Positions 38,036 through 48,562 are shown, numbered from the stretch's first letter. The stretch is DNA of 64,000 bases from Clostridium sp. 28_17 (GCA_001916065.1 MNRS01000019.1:31948-95947); one strand, 5' to 3'. Notes: generated by a model from the sequence alone, not told the origin. Program-made: numbers and translations.

Positions 38036-38974
38036 GTGAAAATGAAAAATATAGAAATTATAGCAACAGGAAAGTATTTACCAACAACTAAGATAGATAA
38101 CACATATTTAGCAAAACAATTAAATATAACAGAAGATTTTATATACAAAAGAACAGGAATACAAACAAGACACTATTCAAAAGACGAAAACATAGAACAA
38201 TTAGCAATAAAATGTATAGAAAATTTAATAGAAAAAAACTCACAAATAAATCCGCAAAATATTGATATGATTATAGTGGCAACAACATCAACAAATATGC
38301 TAATGCCAGGTATATCATATAAAATACAAGAACATTTTAATATTGAAAATTGTATGTGTATAGATGTCTTAGCAGGATGTGCAGGATTTGTAAATGCATT
38401 GGATATAGCGCAATGTTATCTTGAAACAGACAAAGCAAAAATGCCATTAGTAGTTGGAGTCGATTTATTATCAAAATGTATAGACCAAAAGGATGTATCA
38501 ACATCAATTTTATTATCAGATGGTGCAGGAGCAGTTATATTGCAAAAAACAGAAGAAAACAGGCTTTATAGCAGTAATATAACAAGTCACGGTCAAAATG
38601 GAAAAATACTAACATATAACGCAAATGAAAAGTTACAAATGGATGGTAAAGAAGTTTATAAATATGCAGTTACAGAGACAGTAAAAAACGTAAAGGAATT
38701 GCTTAAAAAAAACCAAATAAATATTGATGATATTAAATATATAATACCGCATCAATCAAATTTAAAAATAATGAAATCAATTGCAAATAAATTGAAAATT
38801 GACAGCAAAAAAGTATATACAAATATAGAAAATGTAGGAAATACATTTTGTGCAAGTATACCAATAGCATTAGACGAAATGTTTGAAAAACATTTGCTAA
38901 AAAAAGGAGATAAAGTTATTCTTTTAGGCTATGGTGGAGGCTTGAATACAGGAAGTATTTTAATGGAGGTTTAG
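38036..38974 (+). CDS. fabH: 3-oxoacyl-ACP synthase III
   Basis: AGCAGFVNAL active-site Cys, HQSN, GYGGGLN motifs. Confidence 0.9.
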   Translation: MKMKNIEIIATGKYLPTTKIDNTYLAKQLNITEDFIYKRTGIQTRHYSKDENIEQLAIKCIENLIEKNSQINPQNIDMIIVATTSTNMLMPGISYKIQEHFNIENCMCIDVLAGCAGFVNALDIAQCYLETDKAKMPLVVGVDLLSKCIDQKDVSTSILLSDGAGAVILQKTEENRLYSSNITSHGQNGKILTYNANEKLQMDGKEVYKYAVTETVKNVKELLKKNQINIDDIKYIIPHQSNLKIMKSIANKLKIDSKKVYTNIENVGNTFCASIPIALDEMFEKHLLKKGDKVILLGYGGGLNTGSILMEV

Positions 38975-38975
38975 G

Positions 38976-40001
38976 ATGAAATTAGCATTTTTATTTCCCG
39001 GCCAAGGAAGTCAAAAGGTAGGAATGGGAAAAGATTTATATGATAAATATGAAGAAGTAAGAGAAGTATTTAAAAAAGCGTCTGAAATCACAGAAATAGA
39101 TGTTGCAAAATTATGCTTTGAAGGTACAAGAAAAGAATATAATGGAACAGAATATTGTAAAGAAGAAAACACTACTAACAAAGAAAATGTGCAAGACGAT
39201 TTAAATAAAACAGAAAATACTCAAATAGCAATTGCTACAATAAGTTTGGCAATATTAGCAATTCTAGAAAAAAATGGAATACATGCAGGCATATCAGTTG
39301 GATTAAGTTTAGGAGAATATCCTGCATTAATATATAGTGGAAAACTAAAATTTGAAGATGGAATAAGACTGTTAAAACAAAGAGGATATTTGATGCAACA
39401 TAAATTACCAGAAGGCGAATACTCAATGCTTGCAATAATTGGATTAGATTCAAAAAAAATAGAAGAAATATGCAAGGACTTGCAAAATAAAGGAATGTTT
39501 ATAGTACCTGCAAATTACAATTATTCAAATCAAACTGTAGTTTCTGGGAGTAAAGATGCAATTGAATTAGCAAGTAATTTATTTAAAGAAAATGGAGCAA
39601 AAAAAGTTGTTACATTAAAAACAAGTGGTCCATTTCATACAAAAGCATTAGAAGATGCAAAAAATGAATATATACAAGATTTAGAAAAAGTTCATTTTCA
39701 AAAAGGCACAACAAATGTTATAAAAAATATTGATGGAACTTTTTATAAAGACACAGATGACATGGTAGAGATACTATCAAAGCATATTGTTAGCCCAGTT
39801 AGATTTGATAAAGCAATTAAATTAATGAATGACGAAAAAGTAGATACATTTGTAGAAATTGGACCGGGAAAAGCATTAACAGGTTTTATTAGAAAAGAAC
39901 TAAGTGATGTAAATACAATAAATATATATGATGTAGAAACTTTAGAAAAAGCAATACAAGAATTAAGTCCAAACATAGGAGGAAGAAAAAATGGAAGATA
40001 A
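38976..40001 (+). CDS. fabD: Malonyl CoA-ACP transacylase (with about 35-aa low-complexity insertion)
   Basis: FLFPGQGSQ, G(L)SLGEY (His of GHSLG replaced by Leu), VSGP.HT; insertion KEYNGTEYCKEENTTNKENVQDDLNKTEN. Confidence 0.85.
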   Translation: MKLAFLFPGQGSQKVGMGKDLYDKYEEVREVFKKASEITEIDVAKLCFEGTRKEYNGTEYCKEENTTNKENVQDDLNKTENTQIAIATISLAILAILEKNGIHAGISVGLSLGEYPALIYSGKLKFEDGIRLLKQRGYLMQHKLPEGEYSMLAIIGLDSKKIEEICKDLQNKGMFIVPANYNYSNQTVVSGSKDAIELASNLFKENGAKKVVTLKTSGPFHTKALEDAKNEYIQDLEKVHFQKGTTNVIKNIDGTFYKDTDDMVEILSKHIVSPVRFDKAIKLMNDEKVDTFVEIGPGKALTGFIRKELSDVNTINIYDVETLEKAIQELSPNIGGRKNGR

Positions 40002-40731
40002 GAAAGTGGCTTTAATAACAGGCGGAACAAGAGGAATAGGAAAAGCAATAGCAATTAAATTTGCCAAAAACGGATATAATCTAGTTTTAAATTATGTATC
40101 AGATAGAACAAATTTAGAAGAATTAGAAAATGAATTTAAAGAATATAATATTGAAGTTTTATTCATAAAAACAGATGTATCAAATTTTGAGGATTGCGAA
40201 AACATGGCTAAACAGGCTATAGCAAGATTTGAAAAAATAGATGTTTTGGTAAATAATGCTGGAATTACAAAAGATAGTTTATTACTTAGAATGACTCCAG
40301 AGGATTTTGATAAAGTAATAAATATCAATTTAAAAGGCACATTTAATGTTACAAAAAGCATCGTACCTTATATGATGAAAAAAAGAACAGGTAAAATAGT
40401 AAATATCAGTTCAGTAGTTGGAGTATCTGGAAATGCAGGTCAATGCAATTATGCCGCTTCTAAAGCTGGTATTATAGGATTTACAAAAAGTATTGCTAAA
40501 GAATTAGCAAGTAGAAATATATTAGCAAATTGTGTAGCACCTGGTTTTATTGATACAGATATGACATCTGTTTTAAGTGATAGTGTTAAGGAAAATATAA
40601 ATGCTCAAATACCATTAAAAAGAATGGGAAGTAGTGAAGAAATTGCAAATTCAGTTTATTTCTTGGCTGGTGAAGAAAATACATATATAACAGGGCAAGT
40701 TTTAAATGTTGATGGTGGTATGTTGATGTAA
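39991..40731 (+). CDS. fabG: 3-oxoacyl-ACP reductase
   Basis: TGGTRGIGKA, NNAGI, YAASKAG, canonical SDR. Confidence 0.9.
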   Translation: MEDKKVALITGGTRGIGKAIAIKFAKNGYNLVLNYVSDRTNLEELENEFKEYNIEVLFIKTDVSNFEDCENMAKQAIARFEKIDVLVNNAGITKDSLLLRMTPEDFDKVININLKGTFNVTKSIVPYMMKKRTGKIVNISSVVGVSGNAGQCNYAASKAGIIGFTKSIAKELASRNILANCVAPGFIDTDMTSVLSDSVKENINAQIPLKRMGSSEEIANSVYFLAGEENTYITGQVLNVDGGMLM

Positions 40732-40780
40732 AAAAATAAAAGAAAAAGGGGAGATATACCTCTCCCCGGTGAGTGAAACT

Positions 40781-41038
40781 TTAAAAACAAAAATGAAATG
40801 TAATCATCATTGTTGATTGTTTCAAAATTGTTACTTCTTGATAAAAAAGAATTTCAGGACTATACCCTAATGTTAATTCTAAAATCTTCAAAACCTCGGT
40901 TTTATTAACATATGGTACCTTTAAAACAGAAATTGTAACATCCTGATCATTTTTACCATTAAGTTTGAAAATTTTAATCTGATTTTTTATAATATCAGTT
41001 ACAATTTTCCGTTGTCTTTCAAGATCTTTTTCACTCAT
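40781..41038 (-). CDS. Small hypothetical protein antisense to the fab operon
   Basis: 85-aa ORF with strong AGGAGG RBS; followed by GGGGAGATATACCTCTCCCC hairpin plus T-run on the minus strand. Confidence 0.4.
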   Translation of the reverse strand: MSEKDLERQRKIVTDIIKNQIKIFKLNGKNDQDVTISVLKVPYVNKTEVLKILELTLGYSPEILFYQEVTILKQSTMMITFHFCF

Positions 41039-41155
41039 TAAAATTACCTCCTAGGTGTTAAATATTTACAAAATTAATTATACTATAAAAATTGAAAAAA
41101 AGCAAATTTTACATAAACTTAAAAGATTATATTTTGATAGAAAGGAAAATTAAAA

Positions 41156-42388
41156 ATGGAAAGAAGAGTTGTAGTAACAGGATTAGGAGCCATAACTCCT
41201 ATAGGAAACAATGTAGAAGAATTCTGGAAAGGAATAAAAGAAAACAAATGTGGTATAGCACAAATAACAGAATTTGACACAGAAAAATTCAAAGTAAAAT
41301 TAGCAGGAGAAGTAAAAGGATACAATCCTGAAGAACACTTTGACAAAAGAAGTTGCAAAAGACTAGACAAATTTTCACAATTTGCAATCATAGCATCAAG
41401 AGAAGCAATGAAAGACAGTGGAATTACACCAGAAAATACAGACATGAACAGAGTTGGAGTTGTAATCAGTTCAGGTATAGGTGGACTTTCTACAATAGAA
41501 AAAGAAAATGAACATTATATAGAAAAAGGTCCAGACAGAGTATCACCAATGTACATACCTATGAGTATATGCAATATGGCTGCAGGAAATGTAGCAATCG
41601 AATTAGGAACAAAAGGTGAATCTATATCTGTTGTAACAGCATGTGCAGGTGGAACTCATTCAATAGGTGAAGCGTACAGAATGATAAAAAACGGATATGA
41701 AGATGCAATTTTAGCAGGAGGAACAGAAGCATCAATTACACCTACAGGTATAGCAGGGTTCACAAATATAAAAGCTTTAACCCAAGCAACAGACGCAAAT
41801 AGAGCAAGTATTCCATTTGACAAAGAAAGAAGCGGATTTGTAATGGGAGAAGGAGCGGGTGTTATTGTTCTAGAAGAATTAGAACATGCTAAAGCAAGAA
41901 ATGCAAAAATATATGCAGAAATAGTAGGATATGGAGCAACATCAGATGCATATCATATAACATCACCTGCACCAGACGGAGAAGGTGCTGCCAGAGCCAT
42001 GAAAAGAGCCCTAGAAGAGAATAATACAAAACCAGAAGATATTACATATATAAATGCTCATGGAACATCTACACACCTAAATGATGCAGGAGAAACATCT
42101 GCAATAAAACTAGCATTTGGAGAAGCAAGTAGAAAAGTAATGGTAAGTTCAACAAAAGGAAATACAGGACATTTATTAGGTGCCGCAGGTGGAGTAGAAG
42201 CAGTTGTTTGTATAAAAGCAATAGAAGACAACTTTGTACCACCTACAATAAATTACAAAGTACCAGATGAAGAATGTGATTTAGATATAGTACCAAATGA
42301 AGGTAGAAATATAGAAGTGAAATATGCAATGTCAAATTCATTAGGATTTGGAGGACATAATAGTTCTATAATATTCAAAAAAATTTAG
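41156..42388 (+). CDS. fabF: 3-oxoacyl-ACP synthase II
   Basis: KAS II motifs incl. active Cys (VTACAGG), HGTST, GHLLGAAG. Confidence 0.9.
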   Translation: MERRVVVTGLGAITPIGNNVEEFWKGIKENKCGIAQITEFDTEKFKVKLAGEVKGYNPEEHFDKRSCKRLDKFSQFAIIASREAMKDSGITPENTDMNRVGVVISSGIGGLSTIEKENEHYIEKGPDRVSPMYIPMSICNMAAGNVAIELGTKGESISVVTACAGGTHSIGEAYRMIKNGYEDAILAGGTEASITPTGIAGFTNIKALTQATDANRASIPFDKERSGFVMGEGAGVIVLEELEHAKARNAKIYAEIVGYGATSDAYHITSPAPDGEGAARAMKRALEENNTKPEDITYINAHGTSTHLNDAGETSAIKLAFGEASRKVMVSSTKGNTGHLLGAAGGVEAVVCIKAIEDNFVPPTINYKVPDEECDLDIVPNEGRNIEVKYAMSNSLGFGGHNSSIIFKKI

Positions 42389-42397
42389 GAGGAAAAT

Positions 42398-42892
42398 ATG
42401 GATTACGAAGAAATCAAAAAATTAATTGATGATATGGGAAATGCCAAAATAGACGAACTAGAAATAGAATTTCCTGAAGGCATGAAAATAAGTATGAAGA
42501 AAAATACGGAAAAAGAAATTGTAGTAACAAATGGTGCGCAAATGCAAGCAAATGCAATATCAACAACACCTACAACAAATGTTGTTTTGAATAATCAAAA
42601 TAACGCAGAAGTACCAATAAACGAAACAACAGGTAATAAAAATGCACAAGAAGAAAATTACAAAATTATAAAATCACCTATGGTAGGAACATTTTATTCA
42701 AGACCTGCACCAAATAAAGAGGCATTTGCAAAAACAGGTGATACAGTAAAAAAAGGTCAAGTTATATGCATAGTAGAAGCAATGAAACTAATGAATGAAA
42801 TAGAATCAGAATTTGACGGAGAAATAGCAGAAATATGTGTAAAAGACGGAGACGTGGTAGAATATGGAACACCATTATTTAAAATAAAATAA
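42398..42892 (+). CDS. accB: Biotin carboxyl carrier protein
   Basis: EAMKLMNEIE biotinylation motif. Confidence 0.85.
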   Translation: MDYEEIKKLIDDMGNAKIDELEIEFPEGMKISMKKNTEKEIVVTNGAQMQANAISTTPTTNVVLNNQNNAEVPINETTGNKNAQEENYKIIKSPMVGTFYSRPAPNKEAFAKTGDTVKKGQVICIVEAMKLMNEIESEFDGEIAEICVKDGDVVEYGTPLFKIK

Positions 42893-42894
42893 AT

Positions 42895-42975
42895 AAAAAA
42901 ATTGGATGACGATGAGTGAACATCTCAAGATTTGGCAGACAAATTTTGAAAAAATTTGGATGACGATGAGTGAAC
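42895..42975 (+). repeat. Two 26-27-bp direct repeats in accB-fabZ spacer
   Basis: AAAAAATTGGATGACGATGAGTGAAC at 42895-42921 and AAAAAATTTGGATGACGATGAGTGAAC at 42949-42975. Confidence 0.55.
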
Positions 42976-43002
42976 GAAGTGAACGAAAGGCGGAAAATTA
43001 AA

Positions 43003-43434
43003 ATGTTAAATAAAGAAGAAATCAAAAAAATAATACCACAAAGAGAACCATTTTTAATGATAGACGAAGTAGAAGAATACAAACCAGGAGAAAGTTGTAC
43101 AGCATACAAAAATGTATCAGAAGAAGAATATTACTTCAAAGGTCATTTTCCAGGCAACCCAATTATGCCAGGAGTATTAATGGTAGAAGCACTAGCACAA
43201 ACAGGTGCAGTTGCAATACTATCACTAGAAGAAAACAAAAACAAAAACGCACTATTTGGAGGAATAAATAATTTAAAATTCAAAAAACAAGTAGTGCCAG
43301 GAGACAGATTAAAATTAGAGGTAAAAATCATTAAACAAAAAGGTCCAGTTGGTATTGGAGAAGCAATTGCAACAGTAGATGGAAAAGTTGCAGTAAAAGG
43401 AGAATTAACATTTGCAATTGTAAACAATAAATAA
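43003..43434 (+). CDS. fabZ: 3-hydroxyacyl-ACP dehydratase
   Basis: FKGHFPGNPIMPGVL; start MLNKEEIKKIIP. Confidence 0.9.
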   Translation: MLNKEEIKKIIPQREPFLMIDEVEEYKPGESCTAYKNVSEEEYYFKGHFPGNPIMPGVLMVEALAQTGAVAILSLEENKNKNALFGGINNLKFKKQVVPGDRLKLEVKIIKQKGPVGIGEAIATVDGKVAVKGELTFAIVNNK

Positions 43435-43437
43435 AAA

Positions 43438-43706
43438 TTCGGGATTAGGGGCCACTACATAAAATCCCTATTTTATAATATAGTTTTTAATTTATAGTTA
43501 TATATATTAAAAAGCCGTTCCTTACTGGTCGGAATAATCATATAAGATACGACAGATACATATCAAAGTAATATAAGTTAATCTGGCTAATCTGTATGAA
43601 TATGTTTCCTCCCAAACTGCGCGTCACTTTATTTTAATATATATAACTATAAAAAATAATTAATTAAATAAAAACGGGATTTTGTGTAGTGGCCCCTAAT
43701 CCCGAA
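43438..43706. mobile_element. MITE-like element: about 75-bp inverted arms with perfect 22-bp termini around about 120-bp core
   Basis: TTCGGGATTAGGGGCCACTACA 43438-43459 is exact reverse complement of 43685-43706; inner arms 43491-43513 vs 43633-43654 also inverted. Confidence 0.5.
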
Positions 43707-43733
43707 TTTTTAAGAATATGAAAGGAAAAGAAA

Positions 43734-45089
43734 ATGCTAAAAAAAATATTAATAGCAAATCGAGGAGAAATTGCAGTAAGAATAATAAGAGCCTGTAGAG
43801 AATTAGGAATAAGAACAGTAGCAGTATATTCAGAAATAGACAAAAACTCATTACACAAAGAACTAGCAGATGAGGCGGTATGCATAGGGCCTGCACCATC
43901 TAACAAAAGTTATTTAAATGTAAAAGCAATAATCGAAGCAGCATGTTTAACGGGATGTGATGGAATACACCCAGGATATGGCTTTTTATCTGAAAATAGT
44001 AGTTTTGCTAAAATGTGTGATGAAATCGGAATAAAATTCATTGGGCCTACTTATAAAATGATAGAACTAATGGGCAACAAGTCAAAAGCAAAGGAAACAA
44101 TGAAAAATGCAGGTGTGCCAGTTGTTCCAGGTTCAGATGGATTAGTTGATAATGTATTAGAAGCAATAAAAGTAGCATTGAGGATTGGATATCCTGTTAT
44201 TTTAAAAGCATCAAGTGGTGGTGGAGGCAAAGGTATACGAATTGCCTACAACGAAAAAGAACTTGTAAAATTTTATGATTTAGTAAGGCAAGAGGCCAAA
44301 ATTTCTTTTAATGATGACTCTATTTATATTGAGAAATTCATAGAAAATCCAAGACATATAGAAGTTCAAGTAATGGCAGACGAACATGGAAATGTAATAC
44401 ATTTAGGAGAAAGAGATTGTACTGTGCAAAGAAATAATCAAAAAATGTTAGAAGAAACACCTTCAGGAGTAATAACAGACAAATTAAGACAAAAAATGGG
44501 AAAAATTACTGTAAATGCCTTAAAAGAAATTGGATATAGCAATGTTGGAACAATTGAATATTTGCTAGATAAAAACAAAGATTTTTACTTTATGGAAATG
44601 AATACAAGAGTTCAAGTTGAACACCCTATAACAGAAACAATTACAGGTGTAGATATTATAAAAGAGCAACTAAGAATTGCGTCAGGAGAAAAGTTGCAAT
44701 ATAAGCAAGATGATATCAAATTTACAGGACATAGTTTAGAGGCCAGAATAAATGCAGAAAATCCATATAAAAACTTTATGCCATGTCCAGGGGAAATAAA
44801 AGAATTACATATACCCGGTGGAAATGGTGTAAGAATAGACACTGCAATTTATCCAGGCTATAAGATACCTCCTACATATGACTCTATGATAGCAAAGATT
44901 ATTGTACATGGAAAAGATAGAAATGAATCAATTGCGAAAATGAAAAGTGCATTAGGTGAATTTGTTATTGATGGTATTAGTACAAATATAGATTTTCTAT
45001 ATAAGATATTAGAAGACGAAGATTTTATTAATAACAATTATGATACATCTTTTATTGCTAAGAAATTTGCTAATAAGCTTCAAAGTTAA
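43734..45089 (+). CDS. accC: Biotin carboxylase
   Basis: MLKKILIANRGEIAVRIIRACRELGI; ATP-grasp. Confidence 0.9.
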   Translation: MLKKILIANRGEIAVRIIRACRELGIRTVAVYSEIDKNSLHKELADEAVCIGPAPSNKSYLNVKAIIEAACLTGCDGIHPGYGFLSENSSFAKMCDEIGIKFIGPTYKMIELMGNKSKAKETMKNAGVPVVPGSDGLVDNVLEAIKVALRIGYPVILKASSGGGGKGIRIAYNEKELVKFYDLVRQEAKISFNDDSIYIEKFIENPRHIEVQVMADEHGNVIHLGERDCTVQRNNQKMLEETPSGVITDKLRQKMGKITVNALKEIGYSNVGTIEYLLDKNKDFYFMEMNTRVQVEHPITETITGVDIIKEQLRIASGEKLQYKQDDIKFTGHSLEARINAENPYKNFMPCPGEIKELHIPGGNGVRIDTAIYPGYKIPPTYDSMIAKIIVHGKDRNESIAKMKSALGEFVIDGISTNIDFLYKILEDEDFINNNYDTSFIAKKFANKLQS

Positions 45090-45109
45090 TTATAAGATTT
45101 TTATAATTT

Positions 45110-45142
45110 TTCGGGATTGAAGACCCGTCCCCCAATCCCGAA
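45110..45142. repeat. REP-like hairpin of the TCGGGATT family
   Basis: TTCGGGATTG-N13-CAATCCCGAA perfect 10-bp stem; loop contains GTCCCCCAATCCC. Confidence 0.5.
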
Positions 45143-45187
45143 AAAATAAGCAAAAAAATATAAAAACTAGATACAAGGAGAAAAGCG

Positions 45188-46036
45188 ATGGTAATAGATA
45201 AAATCAAAAAAATAAATCCAAAAGAACCAGATATGAAAAACGAAAAAGCATCAGACATGTTAGTTGGAAAATGGGTAAAATGCAATAATTGTAAAGAGAT
45301 ACTATACAAAGAAGATTTAAAAAGCAATTATAGCATATGCCCAAATTGTGGTAAATATTTTAGACTATCTGCCAGAAGAAGAATAAAGCAAATAATTGAT
45401 GAAGGAACATTTGAAGAAATAGATGCAGATATGCGAACAAGTGATTTGTTAAAATTTGAAGGATACAAAGAAAAAATTCAAGCCCTACAAGAAAAGACAA
45501 AAATACAAGAGGCAATACAAACTGGAACAGGAAATATAAATGGTTTAAAAGTTGCAATAGGAGTTATGGATAGTAATTTTATGATGGGAAGTATGGGAAG
45601 TGTTGTTGGTGAGAAGATAACACGACTTGTAGAAAAAGCAATACAAGAAAAATTGCCAGTTATTTTGTTTTGTGTATCAGGTGGTGCGAGAATGCAAGAA
45701 GGAATTATATCATTAATGCAAATGGCCAAAACATCATCTGCAATAGCCAAACTAGATGAAGCGGGTTTATTATATATATCTGTATTAACAGACCCTACTA
45801 CAGGAGGGGTAACTGCAAGTTTTGCAAGTTTAGGTGACATTATTTTAGCAGAACCAGGCGCTTTAATAGGCTTTGCAGGTCCAAGGGTTATAGAACAAAC
45901 AATAAAGCAAAAATTACCAGAAGGATTTCAAAGTGCAGAGTTTTTATTAGAACATGGTTTTATTGATAAAATAGTTGAAAGAAAAGATATGAAAAATACA
46001 TTATATAATATTGTAAAAATGCATCAAAAACATTAA
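45188..46036 (+). CDS. accD: Acetyl-CoA carboxylase carboxyltransferase beta subunit
   Basis: Zn-ribbon CNNC...CPNC then CT domain. Confidence 0.9.
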   Translation: MVIDKIKKINPKEPDMKNEKASDMLVGKWVKCNNCKEILYKEDLKSNYSICPNCGKYFRLSARRRIKQIIDEGTFEEIDADMRTSDLLKFEGYKEKIQALQEKTKIQEAIQTGTGNINGLKVAIGVMDSNFMMGSMGSVVGEKITRLVEKAIQEKLPVILFCVSGGARMQEGIISLMQMAKTSSAIAKLDEAGLLYISVLTDPTTGGVTASFASLGDIILAEPGALIGFAGPRVIEQTIKQKLPEGFQSAEFLLEHGFIDKIVERKDMKNTLYNIVKMHQKH

Positions 46037-46116
46037 ACCGAACAATGTTCGCTAAAAGATTTTATAAAATAAAATTTGGGGACATGACTTTTAATCCCAG
46101 TGAAAGGAAAATAAAA

Positions 46117-46920
46117 ATGAAAGAAAAAACAATATCTGCATGGGAGCGAGTAGTACTTGCAAGAAAAGCAGAAAGACCAAAATCATTAGATTATATAAAT
46201 AACATATTTACAAATTTTATAGAATTACATGGAGATAGAAACTTTGGAGATGATAAATCTATTATAGGTGGAATTGCGGAATTAGATGAAATGCCAGTAA
46301 CTGTTATAGGTGAGCAAAAAGGGAAAAATGCAAAAGAAAATATAGATAGGAACTTTGGTATGCCTAATCCGGAAGGATACAGAAAAGCATTAAGACTAAT
46401 GAAACAAGCAGAAAAATTTAATAGACCTATAATAACATTTATAGATACACCAGGTGCATATCCAGGAATGGGAGCAGAAGAAAGAGGACAAGGAGAAGCA
46501 ATTGCTAAAAATCTTTTTGAAATGTCAAAGTTAAAAGTTCCAACAATATCAATTGTAATAGGTGAAGGTTCTAGTGGTGGAGCATTGGCATTAGGTGTAA
46601 CAGATGTTATAATAATGTTAGAAAATGCAGTTTATTCTATTTTATCGCCAGAGGGATTTGCAAGTATTTTATATAAAGATGCAAGTAAATCACAAGAAGC
46701 GGCAGAAAAAATGAAGATTACATCAACAGAATTAAAAAGATTAGGTGTTATTGATAGTATAGTAAAAGAGCCAGAAGGTGGAGCACAAGAAGATTTTAAA
46801 AAAGTTTGCAATGATTTAAAAAATATGATATTAAAAGACATAAATGGATTATCAAAAAAATCACAAGAAGAATTAGTAGAACAAAGATATGAAAAGTATA
46901 GAAAAATTGGAGGTATTTAG
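46117..46920 (+). CDS. accA: Acetyl-CoA carboxylase carboxyltransferase alpha subunit
   Basis: AccA motifs; start chosen at [12 protein letters not shown] with GAAAGGA RBS. Confidence 0.85.
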   Translation: MKEKTISAWERVVLARKAERPKSLDYINNIFTNFIELHGDRNFGDDKSIIGGIAELDEMPVTVIGEQKGKNAKENIDRNFGMPNPEGYRKALRLMKQAEKFNRPIITFIDTPGAYPGMGAEERGQGEAIAKNLFEMSKLKVPTISIVIGEGSSGGALALGVTDVIIMLENAVYSILSPEGFASILYKDASKSQEAAEKMKITSTELKRLGVIDSIVKEPEGGAQEDFKKVCNDLKNMILKDINGLSKKSQEELVEQRYEKYRKIGGI

Positions 46921-46923
46921 ATA

Positions 46924-47694
46924 ATGTTATTACAAGGAAAGAAAATCTTAATAATGGGAATAAGAAATAAATGGAGTATAGCATGGGGAGCAGCAGTATC
47001 TGCTTATGAGCAAGGTGCACAGATTATTTTTACATATAATTCAGAAGCAAATAAACCAAAAGTAGAAAAGTTAATGGAAGAAATTCCAGGTTCAAAGGCA
47101 TATACTTGTGATGCTTCAAGTGACGAGTCTATAAAAACATGTTTTGAAACAATTTTGAAAGAGAATGGAAAAATAGACGGTATATTACATGCAATTGCTC
47201 ACGCTAATACAGATGATTTAAGAAATGATTTTATAAACACATCAAGAGATGGTTTTGCACATGCATGTGATGTTAGTAGTTATTCTCTAATTGCTGTTTC
47301 AAAAATTGCTACAGAGTTAGAGTTATTAAATGATAATTCAAGCATTGTTACTTTAACATATTATGGTGCAGAAAAAGCAATTGATGGTTATAATGTTATG
47401 GGTGTTGCAAAAGCGGCTTTGGAATCAAGTGTTAGATATTTGACAAAGGATTTAGGTAGAAGCGGTACACGTATAAATGCTATTTCTGCAGGACCTATAA
47501 AAACTCTTTCTGCAAAAGGAATAAAAGATTTTGGAACTATTTTAGATGTTGTTGAAGAAAAGTCTCCTTTACATAGAAATGTTACTGCTAAAGAAGTGGG
47601 TGATTGTTGTACATTTTTGTTTAGTGATATGTCTAAGGCTATTACTGGTGAAGTGATTCATGTTGATAATGGTTTTTCAGTTGTGGGAGTATAA
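46924..47694 (+). CDS. fabI: Enoyl-ACP reductase (FabI type)
   Basis: ILIMGI.N..SIAWG, ISAGPIKTLSAKGI. Confidence 0.85.
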   Translation: MLLQGKKILIMGIRNKWSIAWGAAVSAYEQGAQIIFTYNSEANKPKVEKLMEEIPGSKAYTCDASSDESIKTCFETILKENGKIDGILHAIAHANTDDLRNDFINTSRDGFAHACDVSSYSLIAVSKIATELELLNDNSSIVTLTYYGAEKAIDGYNVMGVAKAALESSVRYLTKDLGRSGTRINAISAGPIKTLSAKGIKDFGTILDVVEEKSPLHRNVTAKEVGDCCTFLFSDMSKAITGEVIHVDNGFSVVGV

Positions 47695-47711
47695 AGAAAA
47701 TAACAATAAAA

Positions 47712-47738
47712 AAGGGGTACTAATTTACAGTACCCCTT
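47712..47738. terminator. Bidirectional terminator
   Basis: AAGGGGTAC-N9-GTACCCCTT. Confidence 0.6.
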
Positions 47739-47745
47739 CAATAAT

Positions 47746-48498
47746 TTAATAACTAATTAGTTCATTGTAAATATTTTCAAGCTTTGTTGCAAAAAAATGT
47801 AAATTTTTTTCTAAATCCTCTTTGGGAGTTTTATAAAAAATTTCCATAATACTTGCAATATAGTCCGAATATGGTAAAATTGCTTCTTTAGTTACAGAAT
47901 TAATATCATAAATTCCGCACATTTTCATAGCAGTATATAAAGCAAAACTAGCATTATAATTAGCGGTACATGTACAACTATCAATTAAATTTACGGAATA
48001 AATAAAAAATGTACCAACTGATTCAAGTAATGCAACTGATAAACACGCTGCTTTATGATAAGCATCTATACCATATGAAGATATAATTTGCAAATTCTTA
48101 TCATATTCTAATAAATACTGATTATTCATATTGATTATAATTGTTGACTTTTCAATATGTTTTAGATTTGTTAAAAATTCTTCTTGGCATTTATCAATAA
48201 AGTCAAGAATTTCAGGATTTGCTATTTCCAAAAGATGAATTTTAGAAAAATCTATCTCTTGAATTATTTCTTTTTGTTTTTTTTGCATATCTTTATTTTT
48301 ATAATATCTTTGTATACAAAGTAGCCCATTAAGTACAAATAATAACCGTATTATATTATAAAGTAGACTATTTGGCATAGGGTTTATGAAACATATATAT
48401 ATTAGTGCCCCCATCCATATAAAGCATATTATTAAATTTAAAAAGTTAAGTTTTTTTGTAGTGTTTTTTTTCATAATGTTTTTCCTTTCTTTTTTCAA
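47746..48498 (-). CDS. Hypothetical membrane protein
   Basis: Two N-terminal TM helices, no motifs. Confidence 0.4.
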   Translation of the reverse strand: MKKERKNIMKKNTTKKLNFLNLIICFIWMGALIYICFINPMPNSLLYNIIRLLFVLNGLLCIQRYYKNKDMQKKQKEIIQEIDFSKIHLLEIANPEILDFIDKCQEEFLTNLKHIEKSTIIINMNNQYLLEYDKNLQIISSYGIDAYHKAACLSVALLESVGTFFIYSVNLIDSCTCTANYNASFALYTAMKMCGIYDINSVTKEAILPYSDYIASIMEIFYKTPKEDLEKNLHFFATKLENIYNELISY

Positions 48499-48562
48499 AT
48501 AATAGTTATTAAATTTTCAATGTTCATTTTGTAAATATTTAATTGTAAAATAGAAGGGAAAA

